From Macrostomum hystrix (Eukaryota > Animalia > Platyhelminthes), in assembly GCA_950097015.1 (NCBI GenBank), contig CATNEN010000038.1:10478001-10542000 (forward strand): a stretch of 64,000 nt of DNA, in the 5' to 3' direction. The notes under the pieces are model-generated. The model was not told where the DNA came from. It worked only from the letters and a program-made list of their open reading frames with translations, and did not search any database. Shown here piece by piece: positions 1 through 13,129 of this stretch; position 1 is the first letter of the stretch, and each line of letters begins with the position of its first letter. The translations under genes and the position numbers were made by a program.

Positions 1-153
1 TGCGGATCTGGGAAGATAGGAGGATAATCTGCGGATCTGGGAAGATAGACGATAATCTGAGGATCTAGGAAAATAAAATGATAATCTGAGAATCTGGGAA
101 CATAAAAGGATAATCTGAGGATCTGGGAAGATAAAAGAATAATCCGAGGATAA
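1..153. repeat. Degenerate ~29-30 bp tandem repeat (ggatctgggaagataggaggataatctg), cut by window edge
   Basis: About 5 diverged copies visible. Confidence 0.75.
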
Positions 154-710
154 CCGAAGAGTGAAACATTAAAGATCAAGTACCTGAATAGAACATGACA
201 AGCGCTGGCATACCATCAATCAAATACAAATAAAGAACTTATAAAAAAACGAAACATTTCAACAGCTGATATAAGTTCACTGATTTTGGAATATTTATTT
301 TACAATAAATTAAATGTTCCGTGCAACCGAATATGTCAGTTGGTATCGTCATATTGCTTTACAACTTACAAACCGACTTTGCGCAATTTATATGAGTTTT
401 AATTAAGAGTCATAATTAACAATGCAACTAGATCAACACAAGAGGCCCCAGATGATCAAGCCAATGTCGAGACAAAATACGTTCCAAAAGGCGCCATCAG
501 AAGTTAATAAATATAAGTTCACATCATATGTAGATGAAACATCCAATATGCATTTTATGTACAGCAGAGGATGATAAACAGCATCATGACTCAGTGTTGA
601 ATGACGAAAACAAAAAACATGGCTATTTTTATCGCATGATTTTACTTTATATTAAGGAAACTTTTTCTAATTAACCAGCATACAAATAATAGTACTTCGT
701 CAGCAAATCA

Positions 711-1512
711 TTGCAATCTACCTTTGTAACTAACCTAACATTGCAATCTACCTTTGTAACTAACCAACCATTGCAATCTACCTTTGTAACTAACCTACCA
801 TTGCAATCTACCTTTGTAACTAACCAACCATTGCAATCTACCTTTGTAACTAACCTTCCATTGCAATCTACCTTTGTAACTAACCAACCATTGCAATCTA
901 CCTTTGTAACTAACCTACCATTGCAATCTACCTTTGTAACTAACCAACCATTGCAATCTACCTTTGTAACTAACCTACCATTGCAATCTACCTTTGTAAC
1001 TAACCAACCATTGCAATCTACCTTTGTAACTAACCTACCATTGCAATCTACCTTTGTAACTAACCAACCATTGCAATCTACCTTTGTAACTAACCTACCA
1101 TTGCAATCTACCTTTGTAACTAACCAACCATTGCAATCTACCTTTGTAACTAACCAACCATTGCAATCTACCTTTGTAACTAACCTACCATTGCAATCAA
1201 CCTTTGTAACTAACCTTCCATTGCAATCTACCTTTGTAACTAACCAACCATTGCAATCTACCTTTGTAACTAACCTTCCATTGCAATCTACCTTTGTAAC
1301 TAACCAACCATTGCAATCTACCTTTGTAACTTACCTACCATTGCAATCTACCTTTGTAACTAACCTTCCATTGCAATCTACCTTTGTAACTAACCTACCA
1401 TTGCAATCTACCTTTGTAACTAACCTTCCATTGCAATCTACCTTTCGAACTAACCTACCATTGGAATACACCTTTTACCTAACCTACCATTCCAATCTAG
1501 CTTTGTAACTAG
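711..1512. repeat. 30-bp minisatellite (ttgcaatctacctttgtaactaacc[a/t]acca), ~26 copies
   Basis: Near-perfect tandem copies decaying at the 3' end; the 265-aa ORF is a by-product. Confidence 0.97.
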
Positions 1513-2424
1513 CCAAACAGCACATTAACAACATACAACTAATGCCTTACAAAAAGTGACAAAAGCAATAAAAATAGCAAAATCGTAACTGGACAAAATC
1601 AATCAAATAGACCGCTGTAACACAATACCGTAAGCCGTAGTTAATAATAAAAGTAGTATAACAGTGGACTTGCTGATATTGTTTCTGAAAGTATTATTTT
1701 CGGTCTGAAAATCAACACGAGACAGCTAGAGTTTATTTCAGCTGCCTAGAGAGACAAATTTTGAGCTAGAAAGCTCTGTAGGATAAAGGTCTCGACTCAA
1801 GAAAATAGAAGCACAGTCAAAGACAAGCAAATATTACAGGAATGAAAGAAAGAGCTAATACATTTGTAAGCAAACAATTTCAAGCAAGAGGCAAAAACGA
1901 AAAAACGGTTTTATAAATTATCAACTTTACTTAGAAAATAGAAGTGATTTTCTATGCATAGATTTTTAACTTAGCAGAAAGTTTACAAACAAAAGCTGAT
2001 CTGAAAGCATTTAAATAGAGTAACAGAAGCGATTCCTTTGAATTTAAGCGACTTAAAATTGAGGGATTAATATTTTATCTTCGTTAATTGTGTGAAATTA
2101 CATTAAAAAACGGAGGAATAATTTCAACGAATGCGAATAATGGATAAAATTCGATTTTGATAGAAAAAGAAATTTGAGACAAATGGGATTTTTAGATATG
2201 AAATAGAGACAATCGGATTATAGAGAATATGACACATGGGACACTTGGATCATAGAGCTTAGGAAATATTTCGACTAAATGGGATTTCAAAGTTCAGAAA
2301 TTCGGAAATAAGAAAACGGGAACGAGAAACAATCGAATAGGAAATTTAGGGCTAGGACTTTGGCAGTCGGGATTTCACAGATCTGGAAGTGAACTTTGTA
2401 ACCAATGGCAACAAGCGCAGTGGA

Positions 2425-4224
2425 TCAAGCGTCTTTGTCCCCGCCGTCAATGTACAATGGCAGGGCCAGGGGAGGAAAAGGCAGCGCTGGCGCCACAGAG
2501 CTGACCGCGTCTGGCGCCTCAGCCTGGTCGGCTCCAACCACGTCGTCAACTGCGACATCCATCGACTGGAGCAGCGAGGGCAGCGGCAGATCGTCGGCAT
2601 CGACGCCGCCGTCTGGTCCGTCGTCAAAGTCGAACGGCATGTCAGCGGCTGACGCTGCTGGCGCGGCGGAGACGACAGCAGAATCACCGGAGCTGGCGGC
2701 AACGCCGACGGACTCGGTGACATCCGAGGACTGCGGCAGAACTGAGGCCGACTGAGATTGGACTGATTTCTGAGCTGCAAACATGGCCTCCACCGAGAGG
2801 CCGCTGGCTTCCAGGCCGCGCACACTCTCGAAGATGTCGTCCATGGAGCTCTGACGCTGAAGGCCTCCGCCACCAGACCCTGCCGCAGTCGACTGTCGCT
2901 GAGGATCGATCAAAGCGGCGGCGAGGTTTAGGCCGCCAAGAGGCGACACGGCAGCTAAGTCAACAGTCGCGGTGGAAGCTGACGCAGCTGTTGAACTGAC
3001 CGACGACTCCTGCACAGGCTGTCGGCGAACACATTTCAGCGGGATCGCTTTCGTGGCCAAACCTGATTCGTCCGAAGAAGATTCCTCGCCAACCCCAGAC
3101 GATTCGTCATCTTCTTCATCTTCATCATCATCGTCATCATAGGAGCCAGATTCGTCATCCGACTCCGAGGACGACTCGTACATGGCTTTACATCGGCCAC
3201 GTGGTCGTTTAAAGACACCGGATTGTCTGCCATCGCAGTTGGCGATTGCCTCGCCGCTGCTCGCGCCAGCTAAATCTGACTGCCTGGCTCTCTTCGCTTG
3301 CCGCCTCTTTCTTCTGCTCCTTTTCTTCCTCTTTCGCCGCTCCAATTTGGTGCCGACTGAGGCGGCAGCGCTGACCTGGCCGCAGGACTCGGAGGCTGCA
3401 GCGGCCGCAGCCGACATTGCCGCAGCCGCCGCTAAACTGGACAATGAACCTGGCTGGACAATGCGCCTGGAATGATAATCATCGTCGCCGTCGCATTCGA
3501 ATATTCGCTTACCTCGGCGACTAACACGCCTCGTTGTCGCTGTTAAACTACTCGCCGTTGCGCTGTCGCAAGTAGCCGACTCGGCCCGTCTAACTGCATC
3601 CGATCTCTGGTCTTCATCTTCGTCTTCTTCTTCATCATCTTCTTCGCCTTCAAAGATGCGCTTACCACGCGACGCTCGGCCACTAGCCTTAGTAGGCTTA
3701 TTAGCCTGACCGCAGCTTCGGGATGAATGCGCCGAAGTTGCTCCGGCGGCGGCTCCAACAGCACAGCTGTCGGCTTCGCTCCTACTCGCCTCATTATCCT
3801 CCTCCTCATCGTCATCTTCTTCATCATCGTCTTCGTCGTCAGGCGCTGCGCTGCGCTTCAAATACGAATAATAGAGCTTCTTGTGCGCCACCGAGCGATA
3901 GCCTTCGCCGAGGTCGCCGCTGCCAAACCTCCTGGATAGAAGATCGCCAGCTGCCGCGGCTTCTTCTTCGTCGACATCATCGTCTGGCATTGGAGCGGCC
4001 GGCGACGCAGCGTCGACCTCTTCGCCAACATTTTCGGCATCTTCAACGTTGTCAACGTCGACTTCGTCAATTAGATCGTCCGAATTTATGCTAGACGGTG
4101 TGTCTTCGAAGATGCGCTTCTGCCGGATGGCCGGGTCGCGCCTAGCCGACGTTGTCAGCGCTTCGCTAGGCGGCAGCAGGTCTTCGGGCGGCGAATTCTC
4201 GTCGCCAGCGCCGTCAGCCGACAT
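2425..4224 (-). CDS. 599-aa acidic, low-complexity, probably nuclear protein of unknown family
   Basis: 1.8-kb GC-rich ATG-initiated ORF in AT-rich context; D/E tracts, basic cluster RRKRKKRSRRKRR, three KRIFE motifs. Confidence 0.7.
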   Translation of the reverse strand: MSADGAGDENSPPEDLLPPSEALTTSARRDPAIRQKRIFEDTPSSINSDDLIDEVDVDNVEDAENVGEEVDAASPAAPMPDDDVDEEEAAAAGDLLSRRFGSGDLGEGYRSVAHKKLYYSYLKRSAAPDDEDDDEEDDDEEEDNEASRSEADSCAVGAAAGATSAHSSRSCGQANKPTKASGRASRGKRIFEGEEDDEEEDEDEDQRSDAVRRAESATCDSATASSLTATTRRVSRRGKRIFECDGDDDYHSRRIVQPGSLSSLAAAAAMSAAAAAASESCGQVSAAASVGTKLERRKRKKRSRRKRRQAKRARQSDLAGASSGEAIANCDGRQSGVFKRPRGRCKAMYESSSESDDESGSYDDDDDEDEEDDESSGVGEESSSDESGLATKAIPLKCVRRQPVQESSVSSTAASASTATVDLAAVSPLGGLNLAAALIDPQRQSTAAGSGGGGLQRQSSMDDIFESVRGLEASGLSVEAMFAAQKSVQSQSASVLPQSSDVTESVGVAASSGDSAVVSAAPAASAADMPFDFDDGPDGGVDADDLPLPSLLQSMDVAVDDVVGADQAEAPDAVSSVAPALPFPPLALPLYIDGGDKDA

Positions 4225-4313
4225 TGCGTCGTCGTGGCAGTTTCCAGATGGATTTTACGAACTGTTCTAATCAGGTGGAAAGAAGGGTGCTGAAATTTTT
4301 TAATATGAGTATA

Positions 4314-4522
4314 AGACACAGGGAAATAGAGACAAGGTACAGTTGAGACAGCTGGGAGAGTTGAGACAGGGTAGAGTTGAGACAGGGGAGAGATGAGACA
4401 GGGGAGAGATGAGAAAGGGGAGAGATAAGACAGGGTGGAGCTGAGACAGGGTAGAGACAGGGGGAGATAAGACAGGGGAGAGTTAAGACAGAGGAGAGAT
4501 GAGACAGGGTAGAGTTGAGACA
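4314..4522. repeat. Purine-rich degenerate ~16-bp tandem repeat (gagttgagacagggga)
   Basis: About 12 imperfect copies. Confidence 0.8.
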
Positions 4523-6033
4523 AGTAAGTACAAAAAATAAGCACAAATTGTTTAAGACTTTAAGGTAATATCTTTTGTTGCAAAACAATAAATATATAGG
4601 ACTTATAAAGCTTTTGACTATGTAGGTCAAGTAAAAAAGACAAAACTCCAAAGCTCTATTAAAAAATAGAGAAAGTGTCTAATTCTAAGTGAGTGACAGG
4701 CAATGTTGCAGTTTACTTTACAAATTTATTATTATCTTGCTATGTTGCTACCTAACTTTTTATTGAGGAGTTGATGACATGTCATGCATACCATGTTAGT
4801 ATAAAGTAAATATATAGCTATAAATTACTGTGAACAAATTTTTGTCGTCTTACAATTCTAGAGATTGGTCTAGGGACAATGCTAGAGCCATAGTCCAGAT
4901 CATGGCATAGGCCCTTGTGTAAGCCAAAAAAAATTCCATTTTTTCTGTTGTATGCCCTGAAGTAGCTAAGGACTGGTATACCAGTAATCTTTGTATGCCA
5001 ACTCCCAAAATGGTCACTAAGTGTGCACAAATACACAACTTCAGAATGGAAGAATAGGAAGTACCTTTGTTGCCAAAGGTTTGATTATTCGTCTAGTTAA
5101 TTATTTTATCTTACAAATGATAGAGGTTCTCGTGGTAGTACTACAACCCCTTATTGATGTAGACCAAATTTTATAAGTTGAAAAACTGTGACTTTTTCTT
5201 TGTATATATTTTGTTTTAATATGTGTAAATTGCATAAATATTTTGTTTTAATATGTGTAACTTGCATAAATAGTTTGTTTTAATGGGAAAATGATATATT
5301 TTAGCATAAATACAGGAACGAAACTGAGGGAAAAACTAACATTGTTCAACGCAGTTCAATACAAATTTTGTATATAATACTCAGAATTGTGTTCTTTCAT
5401 TCTTTATAAAACATATGGAGACAAATACTAAGAAGGATTCAAGAGAGAGAAATAGAAAGTATCGCTGTACACTTGAGATCATTGGTAACACTCTTTGGAA
5501 AGCCTATACTCAGAAATACATACATATGATAAAGTAATGGGCCAGAATAACTAAATATGCAACCAAGAAATTCTTTAAAATTCATTTTTAGAGATGAATT
5601 CTAAGAAAATATTGAAATTACTTTCAACATTATAATTAAATACCTCTGCAAAACAACTTTCATAGAATATTGATAATAAGAAATACAACATTGTGAAAGT
5701 AAAGTTAGAATAATAATTATCCCTAGCACAACTTTGGTGGCATTCAGTGGGATATTAAATATTATAAAATAGCCCCAGTACATTATAAATTAGTTAATCA
5801 CTCAAGAGGAAAGCCTATCAAGGAGTTGAAATTATGGTCCTCACTGTTGATCTGGGTATCGTCCTTCACTGGTGACCCAGTTGACTTTGAAAAAGTATTC
5901 GAATGAGTCACTACAACTTCACGCTTCAAAGGAACTTAGGTTACTCTTTAGTTGGATAAAAATACAAATCAAACAGACATTAGTTAGATATAAACAATTT
6001 GGCTTAAAGGGAAGATCTCTTCCGACATGCATA

Positions 6034-6625
6034 CTTACTTTACTTACTTACTTTGCAGGGGGGCCTGGGGCACTTGACGCACAAACACAGGAACAGCATG
6101 CCCCCAGGCCGGCGAACTATGCGAGAGCCGCCCATCGCGCCGCCTCCCCTGAGCAGGCACCTCACACACACAGCAGCAAGCCAAGCAGGGAAGGGGGCGG
6201 CAGCTGGAGTGCCTCTCACCCCAGGCCCGCACACGCACAGAGCAGACCAAGCCGGGGCGGAAGGCTGATAGAAATCAGTCCTCAGGGGGGGGCGGGTGAC
6301 AAGTGTACACTTTATCCAATTGCGCTGACGGAAATCCAGATGAGCGCGCGGCGGTGTACACCCGCCCCCCAGCCACCCCCCGCAAGGTCTAACGCCCCAG
6401 CGCCAATGCACATAACTCATACAACGCAGAACAGGCACACAGAAAGGTAGGAGCGAAGCTATTTTTCAAGCTTTGATTGCACGAAATATGGTGCACCTCC
6501 GCCGGTTGCTACTGTCCAAACCCCCCCCAACAAGTACCGAAATTAATCGTGACCTGAAAGGTGAATCGAACTAGCGTCCTTTAGAGTGCGAGGCAGCGAC
6601 GTTATCCGCTGACCCCCCTCGCCCC
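6034..6625 (-). mobile_element. tRNA-derived SINE, family A, copy 1
   Basis: Minus strand starts GGGGCGAG..GGTCAGCGG (A-box-like) with GTTCGATTC (B box) and ends in a (TAAG)n tail; 14-bp TSD ttccgacatgcata (6020-6033)/ttctgacatgtata (6626-6639); second copy at 60607-61185. Confidence 0.88.
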
Positions 6626-7364
6626 TTCTGACATGTATAGTTTGGTGCCTTCCTTCTAATGCAGACATTTGGTATGAAATCTAAAATTAACAATAAAATC
6701 ACTAACCAGACGAATAATCAAATGGCTAGGCCCTATTGTCTAGTTAACCAGACAAATAACAATGTCCAAAAGAAAATAAATAAATAAAGTTAAATTTAAA
6801 AGCAAAAAACTTGCCAATAATCATCCTATATAAGTCTCTAGGAAAATAAAGAACTAGGCCTAAATGGAATTAAAGTCTAGTTAATCAATCCAGACTAGTT
6901 CCTAGTTCCAGACTAGCTCCAAATGGTTCCTGGATACTGCCATATGATTTTTTGTCATCTTACACTTTTGTGATCCACTTTCAGATTGGGCACTTTGTCA
7001 TCCAGCCAATTGGTGAATTTATTTTAAGTTAGGTCTGTTTGTCATCTATCAATAGAAACATCAGTCATCAGATCAGTGTTGAATTATTTATAGTTGCAAA
7101 TGCATTCAATATACAGAAAGCTGAGGATAAACTGAGTGTTCTAGGCAAGGCAACCACAAATGTTTAAATTCCTGCATTTTAATTCATCAAACTTAAATTC
7201 ATACCATAAAAGGAAAGTTTTTGTTTTAACACTGTAGGCCTATAGTTAGTTGGTATGCTTGTAGACAGACTGGGGACAAGACAATAGTGAAGTTACAGCT
7301 TCACTATTTTAATGCTTAAACATATGGTGGTACCCCAGATTTATAAAAAAATGGTAGTTGTTTG

Positions 7365-7755
7365 TAGTCATTTGATTATTCCTCCGGTTAACCGGTTAAC
7401 CGCCCAAGGCCTTAATTTCTCCCCTTTCAACGAGCAGGAGCAACGATCCTCCCAAAGACCACTCTTGCCCTGCTGAGAGCCATCTGAGTCTTGACCTCAC
7501 AAAGACCAAACTATACCCTTGAACTAAGTTAGTCCCTGATACAAACGAATTTCTGGAAATGGTTTTAATTTTTTTAATTAGCTGATAAGCGAAAATAATT
7601 TGAGACACAAACTTCAAATCTGAACGACTGTCCTTTTGCAGCTTGTTAATTATTATATCTTACAAATGATAGAGGTTCTCGTGGTAGCGTTACAACCCCT
7701 TATAACTTAGTTATAAGTTATAACTCGGTTAACCGGACGAATAATCAAACGGCTA
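7365..7755. mobile_element. MITE with ~30-bp terminal inverted repeats
   Basis: tagtcatttgattattcctccggttaaccg ... cggttaaccggacgaataatcaaacggcta; related TIR and internal pieces at ~5080-5152 and ~6704-6727. Confidence 0.75.
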
Positions 7756-7959
7756 TTTCATTAGAAGATTTAAAGACCTAAAAAATTAGAAGATTTCAAC
7801 GAGAAACAAATTTTTTAAATAACCATTTAAGTGTTACAACAAATATTGCTTTGCTGAAAAATGTAATTTTGCAGCGAGATAGGTTATCAGCAGCTTTTTT
7901 ACCCTAGAATTTTTTGTTAATATATATATATATATATATATATATAAGCTTTTGTATTT

Positions 7960-8800
7960 ATAGTTTTCGCGTCGAATACAAAACACGAAATTAAGTATTT
8001 AAAATCTAAAAACTAATATTAATACTGACTGCCAACAACAGCGAATAACAAGTTTATCTAAAAATTCAGCAACTAGAATCTAAATAAACTCACTACTTTG
8101 TTTTGCTATCCATATTTGCACATCTGCTGACTTCCTGCTAAATACCTAGTGCTCTGAAGAATTATGATTATGATTATGATTTGTTATGGTGAGTTGTGAA
8201 AACTGAAACATAACTTGCACATTGGTTTCTCTTATGAACTACTCCGCATCTCAGTACGAATTGCATGATAGTAAACATGCATGTAATTTTTTGTACTAAC
8301 CAGAAACTTGCACACGAAAGTGACAAGATCGATTTGTTAAATGTTTAATATATTTCGATGCTTAAAGGACAAAGCAGGGACAAATTTTTTTTATTGTTGT
8401 GCCTTCCAATTTGCCTTTCAGAACCAATGTACTTAGTGTGCATAAAAGTCTACTAAGTTAGTATGCAACTTGTACCCTCCATTCGTGGAAGAATTCGCCA
8501 AAAGATTCATCGTAGAGAATCTTGTTTTTTACAAAAGGTATGCATTTCGATTGAGATGTTTGAGACAGCAAGCTGCGCATCGCGTAGGTATTTTAGAGAG
8601 AATGTGATGCCGCTTTCGGGGCTGTTCTGTTCCGTTTATTTTTTTTTATTTTTAGGCCGCCATTTAAACAAGGAAACGAGTCGTGCGTTTTCTAAGCATG
8701 TAAAATTTTTATTTGCATCATTACATGTAATTTTCATCAGCGTTATTTAGAATGCAAAAGCTCGTGATTCTATTGAATCTTTTTTTCATATAATAAAACA
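7960..8800 (+). pseudogene. Degenerate duplicate of the upstream region, exon 1 and intron start of the gene at 13130
   Basis: Colinear similarity to ~12940-13800, e.g. ttatg|gtgagttgtgaaaactg vs ttatg|gtgagttttgaaaactg; in-frame TGA in the exon-1 remnant; no exon 2 found. Confidence 0.7.
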
Positions 8801-9116
8801 CTTTTACGAATATACAATGCAGTTAATTGATGATGCCACGGGAATTACACGGTAAGTGTTTGAAGAATATTTGTTGTCAGGTAATGGTCTCCCTAAAACC
8901 CCATTGGACAGTGTGACTTCCAGTTGTCAAGTATTGTCAAGTATTTTTCGAGCATACAGGCTCGATAAGACTTTAAGATTGCACATGACTCTCAGCAAAC
9001 TGATATTTTTTTCCACACGTCCCGCGCCTTAAAACGTACTTACACATGAAGATGAGCGACACAAATTGATAGCTGAGTCACCGATTTAGAAACCAAAAAA
9101 TAATCTTAATTATAAA

Positions 9117-12100
9117 TGATGTAAGTCGAGGTTTCGATGATGAACAATGCAAACTTGCCGTTTCTATTCAGCATTGTAAGTTGAACTTTTCGTTTGTATT
9201 TGATAGTTAAAGATGGGATCTTGAGCGCGTAGCTCTAGGCGGGGTCTTGAAGGAAAGGTGGTATGAAACCGAAAAGGGAGCACTGCAAAAGAAATAATAT
9301 AATGCCATAGACAACTTAACACTATTAAGAGAATCAAGCTGTGCATTGAAGCTATGAGCTGAGCTCTAATTGAAGCTATGAGCTGAGCTCTAATGCACAT
9401 GTCCCCTTCGTGTAACAATGGGCGTGGTGCCGATATTCATGTATACGCGCGTGAACAACAATTATACAAACATGGGAAAGAACAATTCAATTGCAAACTA
9501 TCGCATGTGCGAAGCGGCTATGCCAGAGCGTTATGTTAAGTATATAATTAAGTAGAGCGATCTCAAAATCATATGTGAATCAATCATGGTGAGAAGCAAT
9601 CCAGGCGCGCGGCATGCACAGGTGCTACGACGGGGCAACGTAGTCCCATGCTCCTGGTTTGGACCCTCCTGTCCCGTAGCAGGGGTACCCAGAACATCGT
9701 TTCTTAATTCCACGTCGACGTTCGGGATTGGAGCATCAGTTCCATAATCCTCCTCTTCATCGGTGGTGAACGCGGAACAGCCGCGGGTGCCAATTGATTT
9801 GTACTGGCCACATGCAAGCCGTTTTTAGCCAGAATCCATGCGGTATTACGTCCTGAAGTCATTAGAAACGTGGCTGAGTTAGTGCTTGCAGAAGCAGTGG
9901 GCCGATAGATGACACCGTCGCCTTGCTCAAAGTGTGTGACCACTGGAACCATGAGTTTTCTGCCGAACAGTAGTATCTCGGCCGGGCATTGCCCTCGCGA
10001 CGATGCTGAGTTCCGATGATGGAGCAGCACCTTCAGCAGAAAATGGCCGAAGTTGATGTGCGTAATTCTCTCTGACCACGCGCGCAGTGCAGCTTTGACG
10101 GTCTGTAAAGCGCGTCCGTTTGCCTGTGGATAATAAGCTGGTGATTCAAGCTTATGGACACCATTGGTCCGTAGCCAAGAGTATAGGGAGTCACCGATGA
10201 ACACTGCGCGCATGCACTGCATAACTGATTTGCCATGCAGTTCTATTCCGACAAGGGAAGGCTTCTATATATATCCAGCCAGAAAGCCAGACAATGACCA
10301 GAATGTTACCGGCGTCCTTCACGTAGGCCCAGTCCATATGAATGCGTTTAAACGGGTACGAGCTACGGGCCAGTGATCCCTGTCATTTCCCAAGCGAGGT
10401 CGCAAGTGGGAACAGCCTGGGCAGCGCTGGACGAACTGGGTTACATCCTGCTGCATGCCAGGCCACCAGCAGGACGCATATAGAGCAGGTTGTACGAAGC
10501 TTGTGTACCTGAATGGGTGTCATGAATGGCCTCAAACGCCGCCTTGCGCAGCCGCGGTGGTATAAACACACGTCTCTGCATATAGAGAAGCCCGTTCTCC
10601 AGGGCTAGTGTCTCTGATCTGCAACCTTCTTGAAGGGGGCCTCTGCCTGACTGCAACTCTTCCAATTACCGGAGCGTACACGCTCTGAGATTGAGCAAAC
10701 GTGTCAGTACTCAGTTCGGCTGCAATCCTACCTGCTTCAATTACCGGTGCCTCAAAAGCCACAGCGTGAATGGCTTCGAACGTCTCCTTGTCATCCGTGG
10801 TGCAGTCGTCAAAGCGCAGCCTGGAAATTGCGTCAGCATGGGGAATGCTGCTCCCTCGCGTGTACCTGCTCTAAGTTCCTAGTTTCTCTTTCTAGGAATT
10901 TATCACTTCCAGCCACTGCTGGGTACCCCAGTAATTAATACTTAATTAGCAGAAGTTGTAGATCTTACCTTCTTAAGTTTAGTGGTTCTCTTGTCTCTCT
11001 TTGCATGGTTGCTGCAGGCTTCGAGTGCTTGATGCGCTTGGCTTCTGGTTGCCCTTCAGGTACCTGGATCGTTCGAATACAAGAGAATTTAATTTATTCT
11101 CTTTTTCAGTTGCAGTTACAACGGACCAATAGAAATTAGGGAACCTAGGTTCGGTGTTGTGTCTTCCTGACGCCGATTTGTCGTTTATGTCGGTTAACCA
11201 ATAGTCACTTGTGGAGTGTGTTCCTTCTTACCAGCTCTGGTAGGTTCTACCGCGAGTCTGGCGCTTACCCTTTGTAGTATAATCAATGTAATCACACGTC
11301 TGTGATTACGCTTTAATCGTTGGTTTAACGATTACTTGGAGAGGTTTAACTTAGCTCAAGAAAAGCCTTCTAATAAATAGAAAATTAATTAGGATAACTC
11401 AAGGAACTCTTACCACAAGTCTTGGACCTGGAGTCCAATACACTTCAGATTCTTCTCTCCGTTTTCTCTTCTCGGCGAGACTCTAAATCTGGGCTCGCTT
11501 CGGAGTTCTTGTAATTATAGAGATTCGGACCCTCTCGGGTTCGATGAGTGCGTTCAATGTACAGGTGTCAAACTGGTGTCAAAAAGACTGGGTCAACGCT
11601 TGACACCTTGAGAGGATAGACTTCTTTACAACTAAACTAGTAGAAGCGCAAAAATATGGATTATCGATCGCTTTCTTGACCTTTCGATTGATTTTGGGTA
11701 ACATGATTGGTGGGATTGTTGGTTGCCTATGACATAAAAATTGATTTGATACTATTAATAGCAGTCACATGATTTTTTATTGATTCGTTTCTCCTCTTTT
11801 GGTAAAATGAATCACATGCTGTATTTGTATGTTTTTTTGTTCGCTTTTTCTAAAAATACTACTAAGCGGATGAGTAGAGTAGTTAGTGCATGATTGGTTA
11901 AAGTAAATAGTACCGTAATTCTGCACTCTACACGAATTAACTCTTCCGATGGGCTTTGGCTTGAGCGTAGAGAGTCGACTTTGCAGTCGATTGCGGCATG
12001 ACGAAGCTGGCTCACAAAGTCGCCAATGGACTCGCTAGGCGCTTGACGAACGTTAAAGAACCGCGCCCGCTCCGCCACAGTCAGCTTCTCTCTGTGTCGT

Positions 12101-12406
12101 AGGTAGTTCAGGAGAGTATTCTCAATTTACGCAAACGACAGGTCGGCAACCAGTCGTGGAGACACCAGATATTGCAATTTTTCAAGTGTGGTCAGACCGA
12201 AGCAAGCTAGGAAATAGTCGGCGATGCATTTCTTTTCGGCATTGTCAGTCCATCCTTTCGCCCTGGCCAAAGCTTGGAAGGGAGTCAGCCATGTTTGCGC
12301 CTTCTCCGGCTTTTCCAGCGGCAGGTCGCTGAGATGCGATGCCATTGATGTAAGTCGAGGTTTCGATGATGAACAATGCAAACTTGCCGTTTCTATTCAG
12401 CATTGT
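9117..12406 (-). mobile_element. Defective Gypsy/Ty3 LTR retrotransposon (gag and integrase remnants; PR, RT and most RNase H missing)
   Basis: 3' LTR 9117-9399 (TG..CA on minus) after PPT GAAGGGGA; 61-bp identical 5' LTR remnant 12346-12406 followed by PBS TGGCATCG; gag (AERARFFNVRQAPSESIGDFVSQLR); RNase H end (SIPHADAISR); integrase HHCC region and YYPQANG; stops and frameshifts. Confidence 0.9.
10874..11925 (-). mobile_element. 1052-bp insertion (probable solo LTR) nested in the Gypsy element
   Basis: 5-bp direct repeat ctcta at 10869-10873 and 11926-11930, at the points where retroelement coding stops; TATA-like CTATAATT and GTGGTAAG donor motif shared with ~51350-51465. Confidence 0.65.
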
Positions 12407-13129
12407 TCAACGCTGATCAAAAGCGTACATCTATGAGACAATGTTGATGCGTATGTGGTTTGATCATTCATGTCAATCTCTCAAACCACAGATGCAACTA
12501 TACATTGCTATTTGTATTTTTTAAGGACGTTTATTTAACAAATTTTAGTTTAAAGAAATAGGCTTTTAGTTTTTATAGAAATAGTTATCGTGTTGTGAAC
12601 TTTTAAATCATATATTATATGTAAAATCCTGTGCGCATCAATCTAAGCTTTGAAAATAAACGAAGGACGTACAGCCGTTTAGCTAGCAAAGTCTAAGAGG
12701 TTCGCGAAGAGCAGGCACGATATATTATTTTAGTTTAATAGTTTTGAATTTGCTCAGGTTTAAATGATTTTAAACAAATTAAGTAAAAACAATTCATGGC
12801 TTCTAAAATAAAGGCTAAAAGACCGTCAGTTTCAGGGCAATATAATGAAATTTTCGGACGATAATATAGCTCAAATGGCAGGAATTAAAAATTAAATACC
12901 TTAAACATTACATATATATAGCACATATATTTCAATTTTTTTCTGTTACGAAATAGAACATAAAAACTGATTTGAAACTAAAACATAAATACTGACAGAC
13001 AATTGCAGCGTATAACAAATTTATCTCTAGACAATTCTGCTATAGTTTGTTTTGTCAATCAAATATTCCTCGTTTCTGCAGAATTTTCGCTGAGTAAGCT
13101 ACTATATATTACTTTGAACTTGAAGATTT

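Noticed and set aside
711-1508. 265-aa repeat ORF
   Set aside because: Stop-free frame of a 30-bp minisatellite; non-ATG start and no unique coding flank.
6540-6625. tRNA genes (also at 16961, 54413, 60302, 61221)
   Set aside because: A/B boxes continue into repeated bodies, with tails and TSDs in family A; these are SINE heads, not complete cloverleafs.
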